Source of the DNA: Candidatus Zixiibacteriota bacterium
GTDB taxonomy: Bacteria > Zixibacteria > MSB-5A5 > UBA10806 > 4484-95
Assembly: GCA_029932605.1 (NCBI GenBank)
Contig: JAOZPT010000008.1
Coordinates: forward strand, 1-63,826
Length of the DNA: 63,826 nt
Direction of reading: 5' to 3'
A program made the position numbers and the translations under genes. The notes under the pieces were generated by a model. The model did no database searches, was not told the DNA's origin, and was given only the letters and a program-made list of their open reading frames with translations. This document shows positions 9,909 to 19,048 of the stretch, one piece after another. Numbering within the stretch: position 1 is the stretch's first letter; every line of letters begins with the position of its first letter.

Positions 9909-10021
9909 ATTATCAATGTCTTTGCTGCATAGTGATTGAAATAGGTGAGTGAACCCAATGGTGTTGTGTCCCTAATTTCCTCTTGTTTTTACATTAAACA
10001 TAGTGTAATATCTTCTAAGTT

Positions 10022-10348
10022 ATGCAGAATGTCGAACTGATAATAGTCTTTGTGACTTGCCGACCTGATGATGCTGAAAAAATCGCCCGGGTTCTGGTTG
10101 AAGAAAGGTTTGCCGCCTGTGTGAATATAATTCCGGTGAAATCTGTTTATCACTGGCGGGATGAACTTTGCCGTGATGAGGAGTCATTACTCGTGATAAA
10201 ATCAAACTCTGGAATTTATAAGCGTCTTGAAAAGAGAATAAAAGATATTCACCCTTATGATGTTCCTGAAATAGTTGCCGTAAAAACGGAAGCCGTGGAG
10301 GATGAGTATCTTAAATGGGTGTTAAAACAAACGGGGGGTAAGCGTTAA
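10022..10348 (+). CDS. cutA: divalent-cation tolerance protein CutA
   Basis: 108 aa with typical CutA1 segments (RFAACVNIIP, SVYHWRDE, HPYDVPEIVA). Confidence 0.85.
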   Translation: MQNVELIIVFVTCRPDDAEKIARVLVEERFAACVNIIPVKSVYHWRDELCRDEESLLVIKSNSGIYKRLEKRIKDIHPYDVPEIVAVKTEAVEDEYLKWVLKQTGGKR

Positions 10349-10413
10349 AGTAATTGATAAAATACATTGGATATTTTTATCTTTTAATAAGGTTACATAA
10401 AAAGGAAGAGATT

Positions 10414-10833
10414 ATGCAACTCAAGAAAACAAACAGTAGTTATTTCCTCAGGATAGATAAAGGAGAGGAGATAATCTCCTCGATTGAGAATATTACGGTT
10501 GATGAGAATATTCAATCCGGTGCTATTGTTGGTATCGGAGCCCTTACCGAGGTTACACTTGGTTATTTCGACCGGAAGCAAAAGAAATATTTAAGGCGAA
10601 CATTTAACGATATTTATGAGATGCTGAGTTTTTCCGGTAACATTTCATATTTAGATGATAAACCGATTGTGCATGCTCATGTTATTCTTGGACAGCCTGA
10701 TTACACTTTGATAGGAGGACATCTGTTTTCAGGCGTCGTCGCTGTCACCGGCGAGGTTTACATTCAGACCTTTAAGGATAAATTTAATCGTCAGTTAAAT
10801 CCGGAGTTTGACCTTAACCTGTTAGCTTTTTGA
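10414..10833 (+). CDS. PPC/DUF296 domain protein
   Basis: The ATG at 10414 is preceded by GGAAGAG. The sequence has the DUF296 pattern (FLRIDKGEEI..., GIGALTEVTLGYF, HAHVILG, GGHLFSGVV). The ORF-track start at 10354 is probably too long. Confidence 0.7.
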   Translation: MQLKKTNSSYFLRIDKGEEIISSIENITVDENIQSGAIVGIGALTEVTLGYFDRKQKKYLRRTFNDIYEMLSFSGNISYLDDKPIVHAHVILGQPDYTLIGGHLFSGVVAVTGEVYIQTFKDKFNRQLNPEFDLNLLAF

Positions 10834-10834
10834 T

Positions 10835-11614
10835 ATGGGAAAGATTATAACGCTCATTACCGATTTTCGCACCAGTGATGGTTATATGGGGGCGGTATTT
10901 GGCGTTATAAAATCAATTAATCCTGAGGTTGATATTATAACTATCGCCTCGAATATTCCGCCAGCCGATATACGTAAAGCCTCGCGTGTTCTAGCCAGTA
11001 GCTATCCGTTTTACCCGTGCGAGACTGTTCACATGGTGGTGGTCGATCCCACTGTTGGACCCGAGAGAAGAGCGCTTTTGATTTCCGATAACCGTTATTT
11101 CTTTGTTGGTCCGGACAATGGAGTTTTCTCACCTGTATTGGAGGCCTACCCTGATTGTAAATGTTATAACATAACCAGTGAAAAATTCCGGATATCCTTT
11201 GGTTCAGAGACATTTCATGGGCGCGATCTATTAGCCCCTGTAGCTTCATACCTTACACTTGGTATACCCTTAGATCAGTTTGGCCCCGAAATAAACGACC
11301 CGATAAGAATAAAATGCCCTGAGCCTGAGAGAATTGGCAACGATATCATAGGCAAAGTCATTGACATAGATTCATTCGGAAACCTTGTAACTAATATTCC
11401 CTCTGAGATAATTAATAAAGATGTCACTGTAATTGTATGTGGGCGAACCATTAAGGGGTTAAGTCGAAGTTATGCTGACGTACCGGAGAAACAACCTCTT
11501 GCCTATATCGGTTCGTCAGGATATCTTGAGATAGCTATAAACAAGGGAAATGCAGCCAATTATTTTGGGGTTTTGATCTTTGAAGAGATTAAGATTATAG
11601 GTGCTGGCGAATAA
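10835..11614 (+). CDS. S-adenosyl-L-methionine hydroxide adenosyltransferase (DUF62 family)
   Basis: N-terminus ITLITDFRTSDGYMG, plus VVVDPTVG and FHGRDLLAPVA, all typical of the SAM chlorinase/fluorinase-like family. Confidence 0.8.
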   Translation: MGKIITLITDFRTSDGYMGAVFGVIKSINPEVDIITIASNIPPADIRKASRVLASSYPFYPCETVHMVVVDPTVGPERRALLISDNRYFFVGPDNGVFSPVLEAYPDCKCYNITSEKFRISFGSETFHGRDLLAPVASYLTLGIPLDQFGPEINDPIRIKCPEPERIGNDIIGKVIDIDSFGNLVTNIPSEIINKDVTVIVCGRTIKGLSRSYADVPEKQPLAYIGSSGYLEIAINKGNAANYFGVLIFEEIKIIGAGE

Positions 11615-11649
11615 CTTTTGACTTAAATCTGATATGGATTAAGTAGATT

Positions 11650-12420
11650 ATGCCAGAGGAAACAGAGTCAAAAAATATAAAAGAGATGCCTTTTTTGGAC
11701 CATCTCGAGGAATTCCGCTGGAGGCTAATCAAGTGCCTTATAGCAATTGCTGTTTGTGCATTTGCCGCTTTTTTCTTTTCAAATCATCTTTTCAGCGCTT
11801 TATGGTTACCGTTAAATAAAGCTGCTCCTGAATTAAAGATTCATTATTTCAAGGTTACCGAGGGGTTTACCACCCGGTTGAAATTGTCTCTTCTGGCGGG
11901 TGTGTTGTTTGCCTCGCCGATAGTGTTTTACCAGATATGGAAATTTATCTTGCCAGGCCTGTATGAGCGCGAGGTAAAAATCATAATTCCCATAGTCTTT
12001 TTCTCTACTTTCTTTTTTCTGTTAGGAATAGTTTTTTGTTATTTTGTTCTTTTACCGTTCGGTTTGAATTTCTTTTATAGCCAGGCGCCTGTAGGAACTG
12101 TGCCCACATTGATGATGGGTGATTATCTAAATTTTATTTTGGTGTTGCTTCTGGCATTCGGGATAGTTTTCCAACTTCCGGTTGTATCATATTTTCTGGG
12201 CAAAATAGGGTTGATCTCTTCAGATTTTCTTGCTTCGGGTCGCAGATATGCATTGGTTATTGTAGCTGTAGTGGCAGCGGTAATTACTCCGCCTGATTTT
12301 ATTAGCCAGCTTGGCATCGGTATCCCCTTATACATATTATATGAAATCTCTATCATAATTGTCAGGTTAACAGGCGCCTCTGAAAAGCGGAAAAAGGCTT
12401 CTAAAAATCTGGCTGGGTGA
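11650..12420 (+). CDS. tatC: twin-arginine translocase subunit TatC
   Basis: PFLDHLEEFRWRL motif and six TMs. The start could alternatively be the ATG at 11686. Confidence 0.9.
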   Translation: MPEETESKNIKEMPFLDHLEEFRWRLIKCLIAIAVCAFAAFFFSNHLFSALWLPLNKAAPELKIHYFKVTEGFTTRLKLSLLAGVLFASPIVFYQIWKFILPGLYEREVKIIIPIVFFSTFFFLLGIVFCYFVLLPFGLNFFYSQAPVGTVPTLMMGDYLNFILVLLLAFGIVFQLPVVSYFLGKIGLISSDFLASGRRYALVIVAVVAAVITPPDFISQLGIGIPLYILYEISIIIVRLTGASEKRKKASKNLAG

Positions 12421-12552
12421 GATTAATATGTTGAATACCAGTATGTTAGGTTATTATTAAATAATGTTATAAATATCGGTAAAATATTTGCTCATTTAAT
12501 CTTATTGAAAAAATAGAAGGGGTAAAAAATAAAATAACCGGATTGGTGTTTA

Positions 12553-15426
12553 ATGTGGAACTTACGTATATATCAAGCGAATATATTAATTAAAGGGACG
12601 ATTAAGCGGTTTTTTGTGAGTGGTCTCAAAGTTAAAATATTAGTTATAGCTATAATTCCCACATTATGTTTCGGTCAGTATTATTTTGGCCAGAACAAGG
12701 TTCAATATACTGATTTTGATTGGCATGTACTAACTACGGAGCATTTCAATATATATTTTTATCCTGAGGAGGAATATATCGCTCAGATTGGCGCCAAACT
12801 GGCCGAGGAAAGTTATGATTATCTTGTTGAGAAATTTAATCATGTAATAGATAAAAAGATTCCTCTAATTTTATACAGTTCGCCTGTTTATTTCACACAA
12901 ACTAACGTTATTCCCGGCATTTTACCTGAGAGTGTTGCTGGTTTCACAGAGTTTTTCAAAGAACGGGTTGTAGTTCCCTATAATGGTTCGTATAGCGATT
13001 TAGCCCATGTTATACGGCATGAATTGGTTCATGTCTTTATGATGGAAAAGATAATGTATGTTTGTAAAAGCCATCGTCGGAGGAATCCACCTAGATCGCC
13101 ATTGTGGTTTACAGAGGGTATAGCTGAATTTTGGTCACAGGGATGGGATACCAAGGCAGACATGGTTGTGCGTGATATGGTGATATCGGGGAAGATCGTT
13201 TCATTCGACCAACTGTATACGATTTCGGGGACTTTTTTGATGTATAAGGTCGGACAATCGATATGCAAATATTTATCTGAGACTTATGGTGATGACAGGT
13301 TGACTCTTCTGTTTGAAAACTGGTGGAAAGAGCCATCTTTCTCATTGATAGTCGAGCAAACTTTCGGTAAGTCGCTGATGGATATCGGGGAGGACTGGGA
13401 ATATTACCTTAAAAAGAAATATTATCCTTACCTTAAAGACCAGGATTTACCCGATAGGTCAGCGGAGAGATTGACTAAAAAACATTATAATGTTAAACCC
13501 ACTGTTTTTTCAAATGGCTCGGGTGATTCAAACGAATCATTTATAGCATTTAAGACGATACGCCTTGGATATCCTAATATTGCCTTAATGCCATTAAGCG
13601 GGGAGAAGGCTGGCTTAAAGCGTGTTATAAAAGGAGGAAGGTCTGCCAGATTTGAATCGTTGCACTTTATTGACTCAAATATCGATGCCAGCATTGATGG
13701 TTGTCTTACTTTCGTATCTAAAAGCCACGAGTCTGATGTGCTTTATATATATGATACCAATAAGGATAAAATAGTCGCAGATTACAAATTCGAGGAAGTT
13801 GTTTCTATCAATTCGCCCTCATGGTCTCCGGATGGAAAGAAGATAGTATTTGTGGGAGCCGGCAAGGATGGTCAGACTGATATATATCTTTATAATACCC
13901 AAACCGATAAGCTGGTGAGACTGACGGATGATTTCTATTATGACCAGACACCTTCGTTCTCGTATGACGAAAAATATATCGCCTTTAGTTCTGACAGATC
14001 AGGTTTTGAGGAGATGAATATATTCACCTATGAACTTGAGACCGGAAACATCAAGCAATTGACCTTTGGTGAATATGAAAATTTATCACCACGCTGGGCT
14101 TTTGCCAGCGACCGGATGCTTTTTACCTCCGACATGAATGGCACCTCCAATATATTTCTTCTGGAGAATCCTCACGGTCCGAAGAAACGTTTAATACAAT
14201 TAACCAGTTTCATTACCGGAGTATTCGACCCGGTGTTTACACCTGATGATTCGGCTATTGTTTTCAGTGGTTACCAGAATTTTGATTATCATATCTACAA
14301 AATGAAACTTGAAACTGCTAATGTTAAAGAATCAAAATCCCAAACAAAATCTCAAACTTTTGTTCAAAGTTGGCGACCGGAGGGAATAAGCGGAGACTAT
14401 ATAAAAGGGAATGTTAAATATAAAACGAAGTTTTCATTTGACATTGCTCAATCAGCTATTTCGTATGATGCGGTGTTTGGTTCGATGGGTGGTTTGCAGA
14501 CAGCTTTGACCGATGTTTTGGGTAATCATCAATATTATTTCCTTATATACAATACTGCCGATACTAAAACCGATATCATCAACAGTATCAATGTCGGTTT
14601 GACCTACCTTAACCGGAAAAAACGCCTTAACTGGGGACTGGGGCTTTACAGATTTTACGATGAATATAACGATGATTATTATGGTTTTGTTAGTGAGGAG
14701 ACCTACGGAGGCCTGGCGGTTGCAAGTTACCCGTTCTCAAGATACGATAGGATTGAGATGTCTGTATACTTGAGGAAGCTTTATAAGGAATTTTCTTTAA
14801 CCCATGATTATATAAGTGCGAAATTAACAACAGGTATAATATCCTATATCAAAGACACCTCAATCTGGGACCCAAGCGGTCCTATTGATGGTTTTCGGGC
14901 GCATTTGACGGTTGCACATTCGCTGAGTTTGCAGCCAGATTCCACTATGAAAAACTCCAATCATTATAACTCCTGGTTAAATGTTGATGTTCGGAAATAT
15001 TTCAGGTTGAGCGAGGCCTCCGCCTATGCTATTCGGGCAGTCTATTTTACCTCAAATGGCCAGGACCCCCAACGGCGTTACCTTGGTGGAAGCTGGGACC
15101 TACGCGGGTATCCGCGAAGAAGTTTTTATGGTCGAAACATGTTTTTATTGAATAATGAATTGCGCTTTCCTCTGGTGGATAGATTATATATTGGTTTCCC
15201 ATTTGGTTCGATTAATTTTCAGGCGATTCGCGGGGCTTTGTTTTTCGATGCCGGTAAAGCCTGGGATGAAGAGGTTGATAACCATCTGGAGGGAAGTTTT
15301 GGTTTCGGAATAAGAGTTTCTTTGGGTTATGTAACGGTTTTACGTTTTGATTTTGCCAGAAGAACCGATTTTAGAAGTGTAGAGAATGGTTTTAAATTTG
15401 ACTTTTTCTTTGGCTGGAATTATTGA
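12553..15426 (+). CDS. outer-membrane fusion protein: gluzincin-like (HExxH...E) domain, PD40 beta-propeller, and C-terminal Omp85/surface-antigen beta-barrel
   Basis: Hydrophobic leader ...KILVIAIIPTLCFGQ. HELVH followed by WFTEGIAEF. PD40 signatures (SPSWSPDGKKIVFV, FSYDEKYIAFSSDRSG, LFTSDMNGTSNIF, FTPDDSAIVFSG). Omp85 hallmarks LRGY and FFDAG, and an aromatic C-terminus FFFGWNY. The start codon is uncertain (ATG 12553, or an in-frame GVG-type start nearer the signal peptide). Confidence 0.6.
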   Translation: MWNLRIYQANILIKGTIKRFFVSGLKVKILVIAIIPTLCFGQYYFGQNKVQYTDFDWHVLTTEHFNIYFYPEEEYIAQIGAKLAEESYDYLVEKFNHVIDKKIPLILYSSPVYFTQTNVIPGILPESVAGFTEFFKERVVVPYNGSYSDLAHVIRHELVHVFMMEKIMYVCKSHRRRNPPRSPLWFTEGIAEFWSQGWDTKADMVVRDMVISGKIVSFDQLYTISGTFLMYKVGQSICKYLSETYGDDRLTLLFENWWKEPSFSLIVEQTFGKSLMDIGEDWEYYLKKKYYPYLKDQDLPDRSAERLTKKHYNVKPTVFSNGSGDSNESFIAFKTIRLGYPNIALMPLSGEKAGLKRVIKGGRSARFESLHFIDSNIDASIDGCLTFVSKSHESDVLYIYDTNKDKIVADYKFEEVVSINSPSWSPDGKKIVFVGAGKDGQTDIYLYNTQTDKLVRLTDDFYYDQTPSFSYDEKYIAFSSDRSGFEEMNIFTYELETGNIKQLTFGEYENLSPRWAFASDRMLFTSDMNGTSNIFLLENPHGPKKRLIQLTSFITGVFDPVFTPDDSAIVFSGYQNFDYHIYKMKLETANVKESKSQTKSQTFVQSWRPEGISGDYIKGNVKYKTKFSFDIAQSAISYDAVFGSMGGLQTALTDVLGNHQYYFLIYNTADTKTDIINSINVGLTYLNRKKRLNWGLGLYRFYDEYNDDYYGFVSEETYGGLAVASYPFSRYDRIEMSVYLRKLYKEFSLTHDYISAKLTTGIISYIKDTSIWDPSGPIDGFRAHLTVAHSLSLQPDSTMKNSNHYNSWLNVDVRKYFRLSEASAYAIRAVYFTSNGQDPQRRYLGGSWDLRGYPRRSFYGRNMFLLNNELRFPLVDRLYIGFPFGSINFQAIRGALFFDAGKAWDEEVDNHLEGSFGFGIRVSLGYVTVLRFDFARRTDFRSVENGFKFDFFFGWNY

Positions 15427-15430
15427 GTAA

Positions 15431-16573
15431 ATGATAAAAAGCCTGGTGAGAATCGGAGGGGTGCTGGGCTTAACGTTAGTCTTCAGTTGTGGCGGAGCAC
15501 ATCCTCCATTAAAAATTGATCCTGATCCAAATCGCATATACTCCGGTTACAAAGGCGGGGTATCGAGAGATGGGCATGTCAACACAGATAAAGAAGTTGA
15601 CTTAACTCCCCTGTGGAAGATAAAGTTCAGATATCCGCTATTTTTCTCGCCATCTTTGGCCGGTGATTACATTTTTCAACCGGGCACCGATAAGAAAATT
15701 CACATTCTTGAGGTTAATACTGGTGTTGAAGTTGCCGAAATTAAGGTTAGACGGCAACTCGGCACATCGCCAGAGGTGGCCGATTCATTTCTGGCGGTTT
15801 GTGAAGAAGGTGAAAAAGGGGAGCTTCTGGTAATCAACTACTTAACTGGGGATTTAGCCTGGAGCGTTAAGACCTATGGGCTTTGCCTTCCGCCAGCGAT
15901 TTACAACGATAAAATATTCTGGGTGGATGGTAGAATGACAATAAATGCCGCAGAGCTGACTGATGGGCGAAAAATCTGGTCGGTTGAAATGGATAAAGGT
16001 TACGACACCGGACCGGTAATATGCGAAGGGAAGTTGTTTGTTTCTACTGTTGATAGTATGATTTATTGTATTGATACCGAAAGTGGCGAGAAGCTATGGT
16101 CGAGACATGGTTCGGGAAGAACCAATTCATGTCCCGCTTGTTTTAATGGCAGATTATATTTTTGTTTGGCTGATGGTAAGGTCGTCTGTTATGATTATTC
16201 AACTGGAGAACAACTCTGGGAACACGTGGAAAAACCACGACTTTTTTATTCACCCTCGGTTGATGAGAGCGGCGTTTATTTTGGTACCGGTGACGGTTTA
16301 TTTATCAGGCTGGATGATGACAGCGGTGTCAAATTATGGGAGTTTTCGGCGGGCTCGCCGGTGAGGGGAACAGCCCTGGTAACACAAAAGACAGTCATTT
16401 TTACCAGCCTGGATTATACAGTATTCATGGTTGATAAATACAGCGGTGAGCTTCTATCAAGCTATGTTACCTCGGGGATGATAAGTGCCGCACCGGTTTT
16501 ATCGAATAGTAAGCTTTTCATCGCTGGTCAGGATAGATTCCTTTATTGTTTTTCGTCAGCGGGGGATAAGTGA
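15431..16573 (+). CDS. PQQ-like beta-propeller lipoprotein (BamB-like)
   Basis: Lipobox LVFSC|GG. Repeated ...G(E/D)xLW... blades (GEKLWSRHG, GEQLWEHVE, GVKLWEFSA). It starts 4 nt after the preceding stop. Confidence 0.65.
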   Translation: MIKSLVRIGGVLGLTLVFSCGGAHPPLKIDPDPNRIYSGYKGGVSRDGHVNTDKEVDLTPLWKIKFRYPLFFSPSLAGDYIFQPGTDKKIHILEVNTGVEVAEIKVRRQLGTSPEVADSFLAVCEEGEKGELLVINYLTGDLAWSVKTYGLCLPPAIYNDKIFWVDGRMTINAAELTDGRKIWSVEMDKGYDTGPVICEGKLFVSTVDSMIYCIDTESGEKLWSRHGSGRTNSCPACFNGRLYFCLADGKVVCYDYSTGEQLWEHVEKPRLFYSPSVDESGVYFGTGDGLFIRLDDDSGVKLWEFSAGSPVRGTALVTQKTVIFTSLDYTVFMVDKYSGELLSSYVTSGMISAAPVLSNSKLFIAGQDRFLYCFSSAGDK

Positions 16574-18783
16574 ATAGCCCTGAAATTACATTGAAAGAAG
16601 AAGAACTGGATATCAAAGCAGTAAGCCTGGATATTCTACGCCAGCTTTATTCAGCCTCCAAAAAACTGTTATTGTATCCATTGGGTCATCCAATTACGAA
16701 CGAGACTTTAAAAAAGCCGCTGGAATGGTTAAACGATATTTTCAGGTTTAAAAACACCTTTGTTATACAAACTTTTGGTGAACGGCTTTTGGCCGAGGGT
16801 TTACTTTTAGATGAAACCGTATTTGTTAAAGGACTTTCGCTTGATTTAAAGAAGCATAATATAAAATCGGTGGAGTTTTCAGCAAACCTTGCTTTAGGAG
16901 ACCTTTACCATTTTTTAAATAAACTACTTGAACCAAGAAGCCCTACAAATGATTATTTTCAGAGATATTTAGATAGTAAGGGCGTTAGGACTATAAAGAT
17001 AAATGGCTTGAATCCGTTGCCATTATATAACTTTGACGAAACTGTAATTGGCTCACCCAGAGCGAAGTATTTTCTGCACAAGAGGGTAAAGGAGCTAATA
17101 TTGGCCAACCCGGATGTCTTGTTTTCTTATTACTTTGGCAAGTTGAAAAACGATGATCAGGTAGCTCACAAGCTTGGCGTGGATTTAAGGTTACCTTTCC
17201 TGGCGAACTCTTTTTCATCGGTTTTATCGGAGATGCCGGAGGAGGCTATTTTAGATGTTTTCAAACAGTTTATTTTTTCCTCCAACTGGTTAGGCGAGAT
17301 ACCTGACGTAAAGGTTCTCGAGAGCATCCGGCACCTATGGAAAGATTATTCCAGAAGAAACAATAATGTCAGAGTATTGTTGTCGGTTTATAATTTGTTC
17401 AAATCTGTTGGCGCTACTCCAGAGATTCTGGATTTGGTTTTTGATAAGGGTGCTCTGGCTAGGCTTAAAGCTATCCGTGATGCAGAAGAGATAATCGGTT
17501 TTTTAAAATCATCCCAGGCTAGGGAAGTTGATTTTGATTATCTTAAAAGGACTGTTTTCAAGCTTGCTGTAGAGAATCACTTAGATGCTCTCGAGCAACT
17601 TTTAGAGCAGTTGCTATCATGTCTGGATGTAAAGCATACGGACACTCGCCAGCGTGGTTTAAGGTTGACAATTAAGGCCGTTGAGACATTGGCTGATGGC
17701 TCGTTCTGGGAAATGTTTAATGGTCTTGTTAAGGGGGTAGTGAAGATGGCATTAAAGCTAGAATCAAACCCTGAAATCGTTGAACTAGTTGGCTGGATTG
17801 CTAATAAATCCGTTTCCTTACACCGGTGGGATGAGTTAAAAATCTGCATTCAGACCTTGAAGAATATCGCTCGAAAATCATCCAGGGATAAAAAGAAGCT
17901 GGCTGATGACCGCCTGGCCGAACTTGGGGATTCCTCAATAATTGTTGATATACTGGTTGATGCTGTTGTCACCGGTAAAGGTGACTCTGAGCTTTACGAG
18001 TCTATTTCCTCAATCGCTTCCCAGAAAATCGCCTTGTCATTAATAGAGAAAATTGATTCATCTGACAAAACTGTCAGGGCTAGGGTTATAAAGGCCTTAA
18101 TCGGAATGGGGAAAAGTATTGGACCTGAAGTTACGCGCATTTTAGCCAACATTATCGGAGAAGGAGAAAAAACCGATGATGAAACCTGGTATAGGATGAG
18201 GAACATAATGAGAGTTATCGGCCACATTAAATATATTGAAGCTTTACCATATTTTGAGGTTATATCCGGCTGGCGCCAAAAACGGATTAAACTTGAGGTA
18301 ATATCTGCATGTGAGGCGATGGAATCTCCTGCTACTGGTGCTATATTATCAAGACTTGCAGTTGATTCTGATGATGAGGTTCGCAAAGCCGCGGTGGTGG
18401 CTATGGGCATGTCGGGTCATCCCGATATGGTAAAATATCTGAGGATATTGTTTGATGATGAGCGTTCAGCCCGGGTATTGTTAATTGTTGCCCTGGGACG
18501 GATCGGTGGTTCATATGCTCGAGATATCCTTATAGACCTGTATGAAAACGAAAACATTTTTAAAGACCTAAATATCTCCAAAAAAGAGGAAGAGGATATA
18601 AAAGTTGCCATATTGAAGTCGCTATCGAAGATTGGAGACGATGTTTCTAAAAGTAGAATTGAGTTATACAGTAAAAAGCAGTCTGATAAAAGCGGGCTTT
18701 TCAAAAAGGATGTTTTAAGCCAGACAGCAAAGATATTATTAAACGGTAATCAAAGCCTTAAAAATCCAGGTAGTGTAAAGTAA
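16570..18783 (+). CDS. HEAT-repeat protein, no signal peptide
   Basis: The GTG start overlaps the upstream stop (GTGA). C-terminal HEAT-like repeats are present (DKTVRARVIKALIGMG, DDEVRKAAVVAMGMSGHPD, RVLLIVALGRIGG, IKVAILKSLSKIGD). Confidence 0.55.
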   Translation: MNSPEITLKEEELDIKAVSLDILRQLYSASKKLLLYPLGHPITNETLKKPLEWLNDIFRFKNTFVIQTFGERLLAEGLLLDETVFVKGLSLDLKKHNIKSVEFSANLALGDLYHFLNKLLEPRSPTNDYFQRYLDSKGVRTIKINGLNPLPLYNFDETVIGSPRAKYFLHKRVKELILANPDVLFSYYFGKLKNDDQVAHKLGVDLRLPFLANSFSSVLSEMPEEAILDVFKQFIFSSNWLGEIPDVKVLESIRHLWKDYSRRNNNVRVLLSVYNLFKSVGATPEILDLVFDKGALARLKAIRDAEEIIGFLKSSQAREVDFDYLKRTVFKLAVENHLDALEQLLEQLLSCLDVKHTDTRQRGLRLTIKAVETLADGSFWEMFNGLVKGVVKMALKLESNPEIVELVGWIANKSVSLHRWDELKICIQTLKNIARKSSRDKKKLADDRLAELGDSSIIVDILVDAVVTGKGDSELYESISSIASQKIALSLIEKIDSSDKTVRARVIKALIGMGKSIGPEVTRILANIIGEGEKTDDETWYRMRNIMRVIGHIKYIEALPYFEVISGWRQKRIKLEVISACEAMESPATGAILSRLAVDSDDEVRKAAVVAMGMSGHPDMVKYLRILFDDERSARVLLIVALGRIGGSYARDILIDLYENENIFKDLNISKKEEEDIKVAILKSLSKIGDDVSKSRIELYSKKQSDKSGLFKKDVLSQTAKILLNGNQSLKNPGSVK

Positions 18784-18873
18784 AGGCACTGCTTCAAAAT
18801 AACTTCCAACGAAATCCTTCCATAATGTAGATATGGTATATAAAGCTCTTATTGTATTTACATGTTTTATATA

Positions 18874-18902
18874 TTGACTTTTTCGGTTTGCCCTTCCATA
18901 AT
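18874..18902 (+). promoter_or_regulatory. sigma70-type promoter TTGACT-N17-CATAAT upstream of the MFS gene
   Basis: TTGACT 18874-18879 and CATAAT 18897-18902. The -10 element lies inside the second copy of an 11-nt direct repeat. Confidence 0.35.
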
Positions 18903-19048
18903 CTGTCAAAAATGGAGTGGCTTTTTCGTGTGGAGTTGATGATAAATAAGTTGGAAATCGATAAAACGCTATATCCTATTCTTAGACGTATAACTTCAAA
19001 AACAAATTTAAAAACAGCCAATGATTATTAATAATCAAAAGTGTTTTT

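Noticed and set aside
14335-14358. 12-nt tandem duplication encoding KSQTKSQT in the Omp85 fusion protein.
   Set aside because: It is only two copies, located in a linker between the propeller and the barrel. It is a trivial low-complexity linker.
18794-19021. 75-aa minus-strand ORF in the spacer before the MFS gene.
   Set aside because: The region has AT-rich intergenic composition, the ORF has no SD, and it overlaps the predicted MFS promoter and the direct repeats. It is likely spurious.
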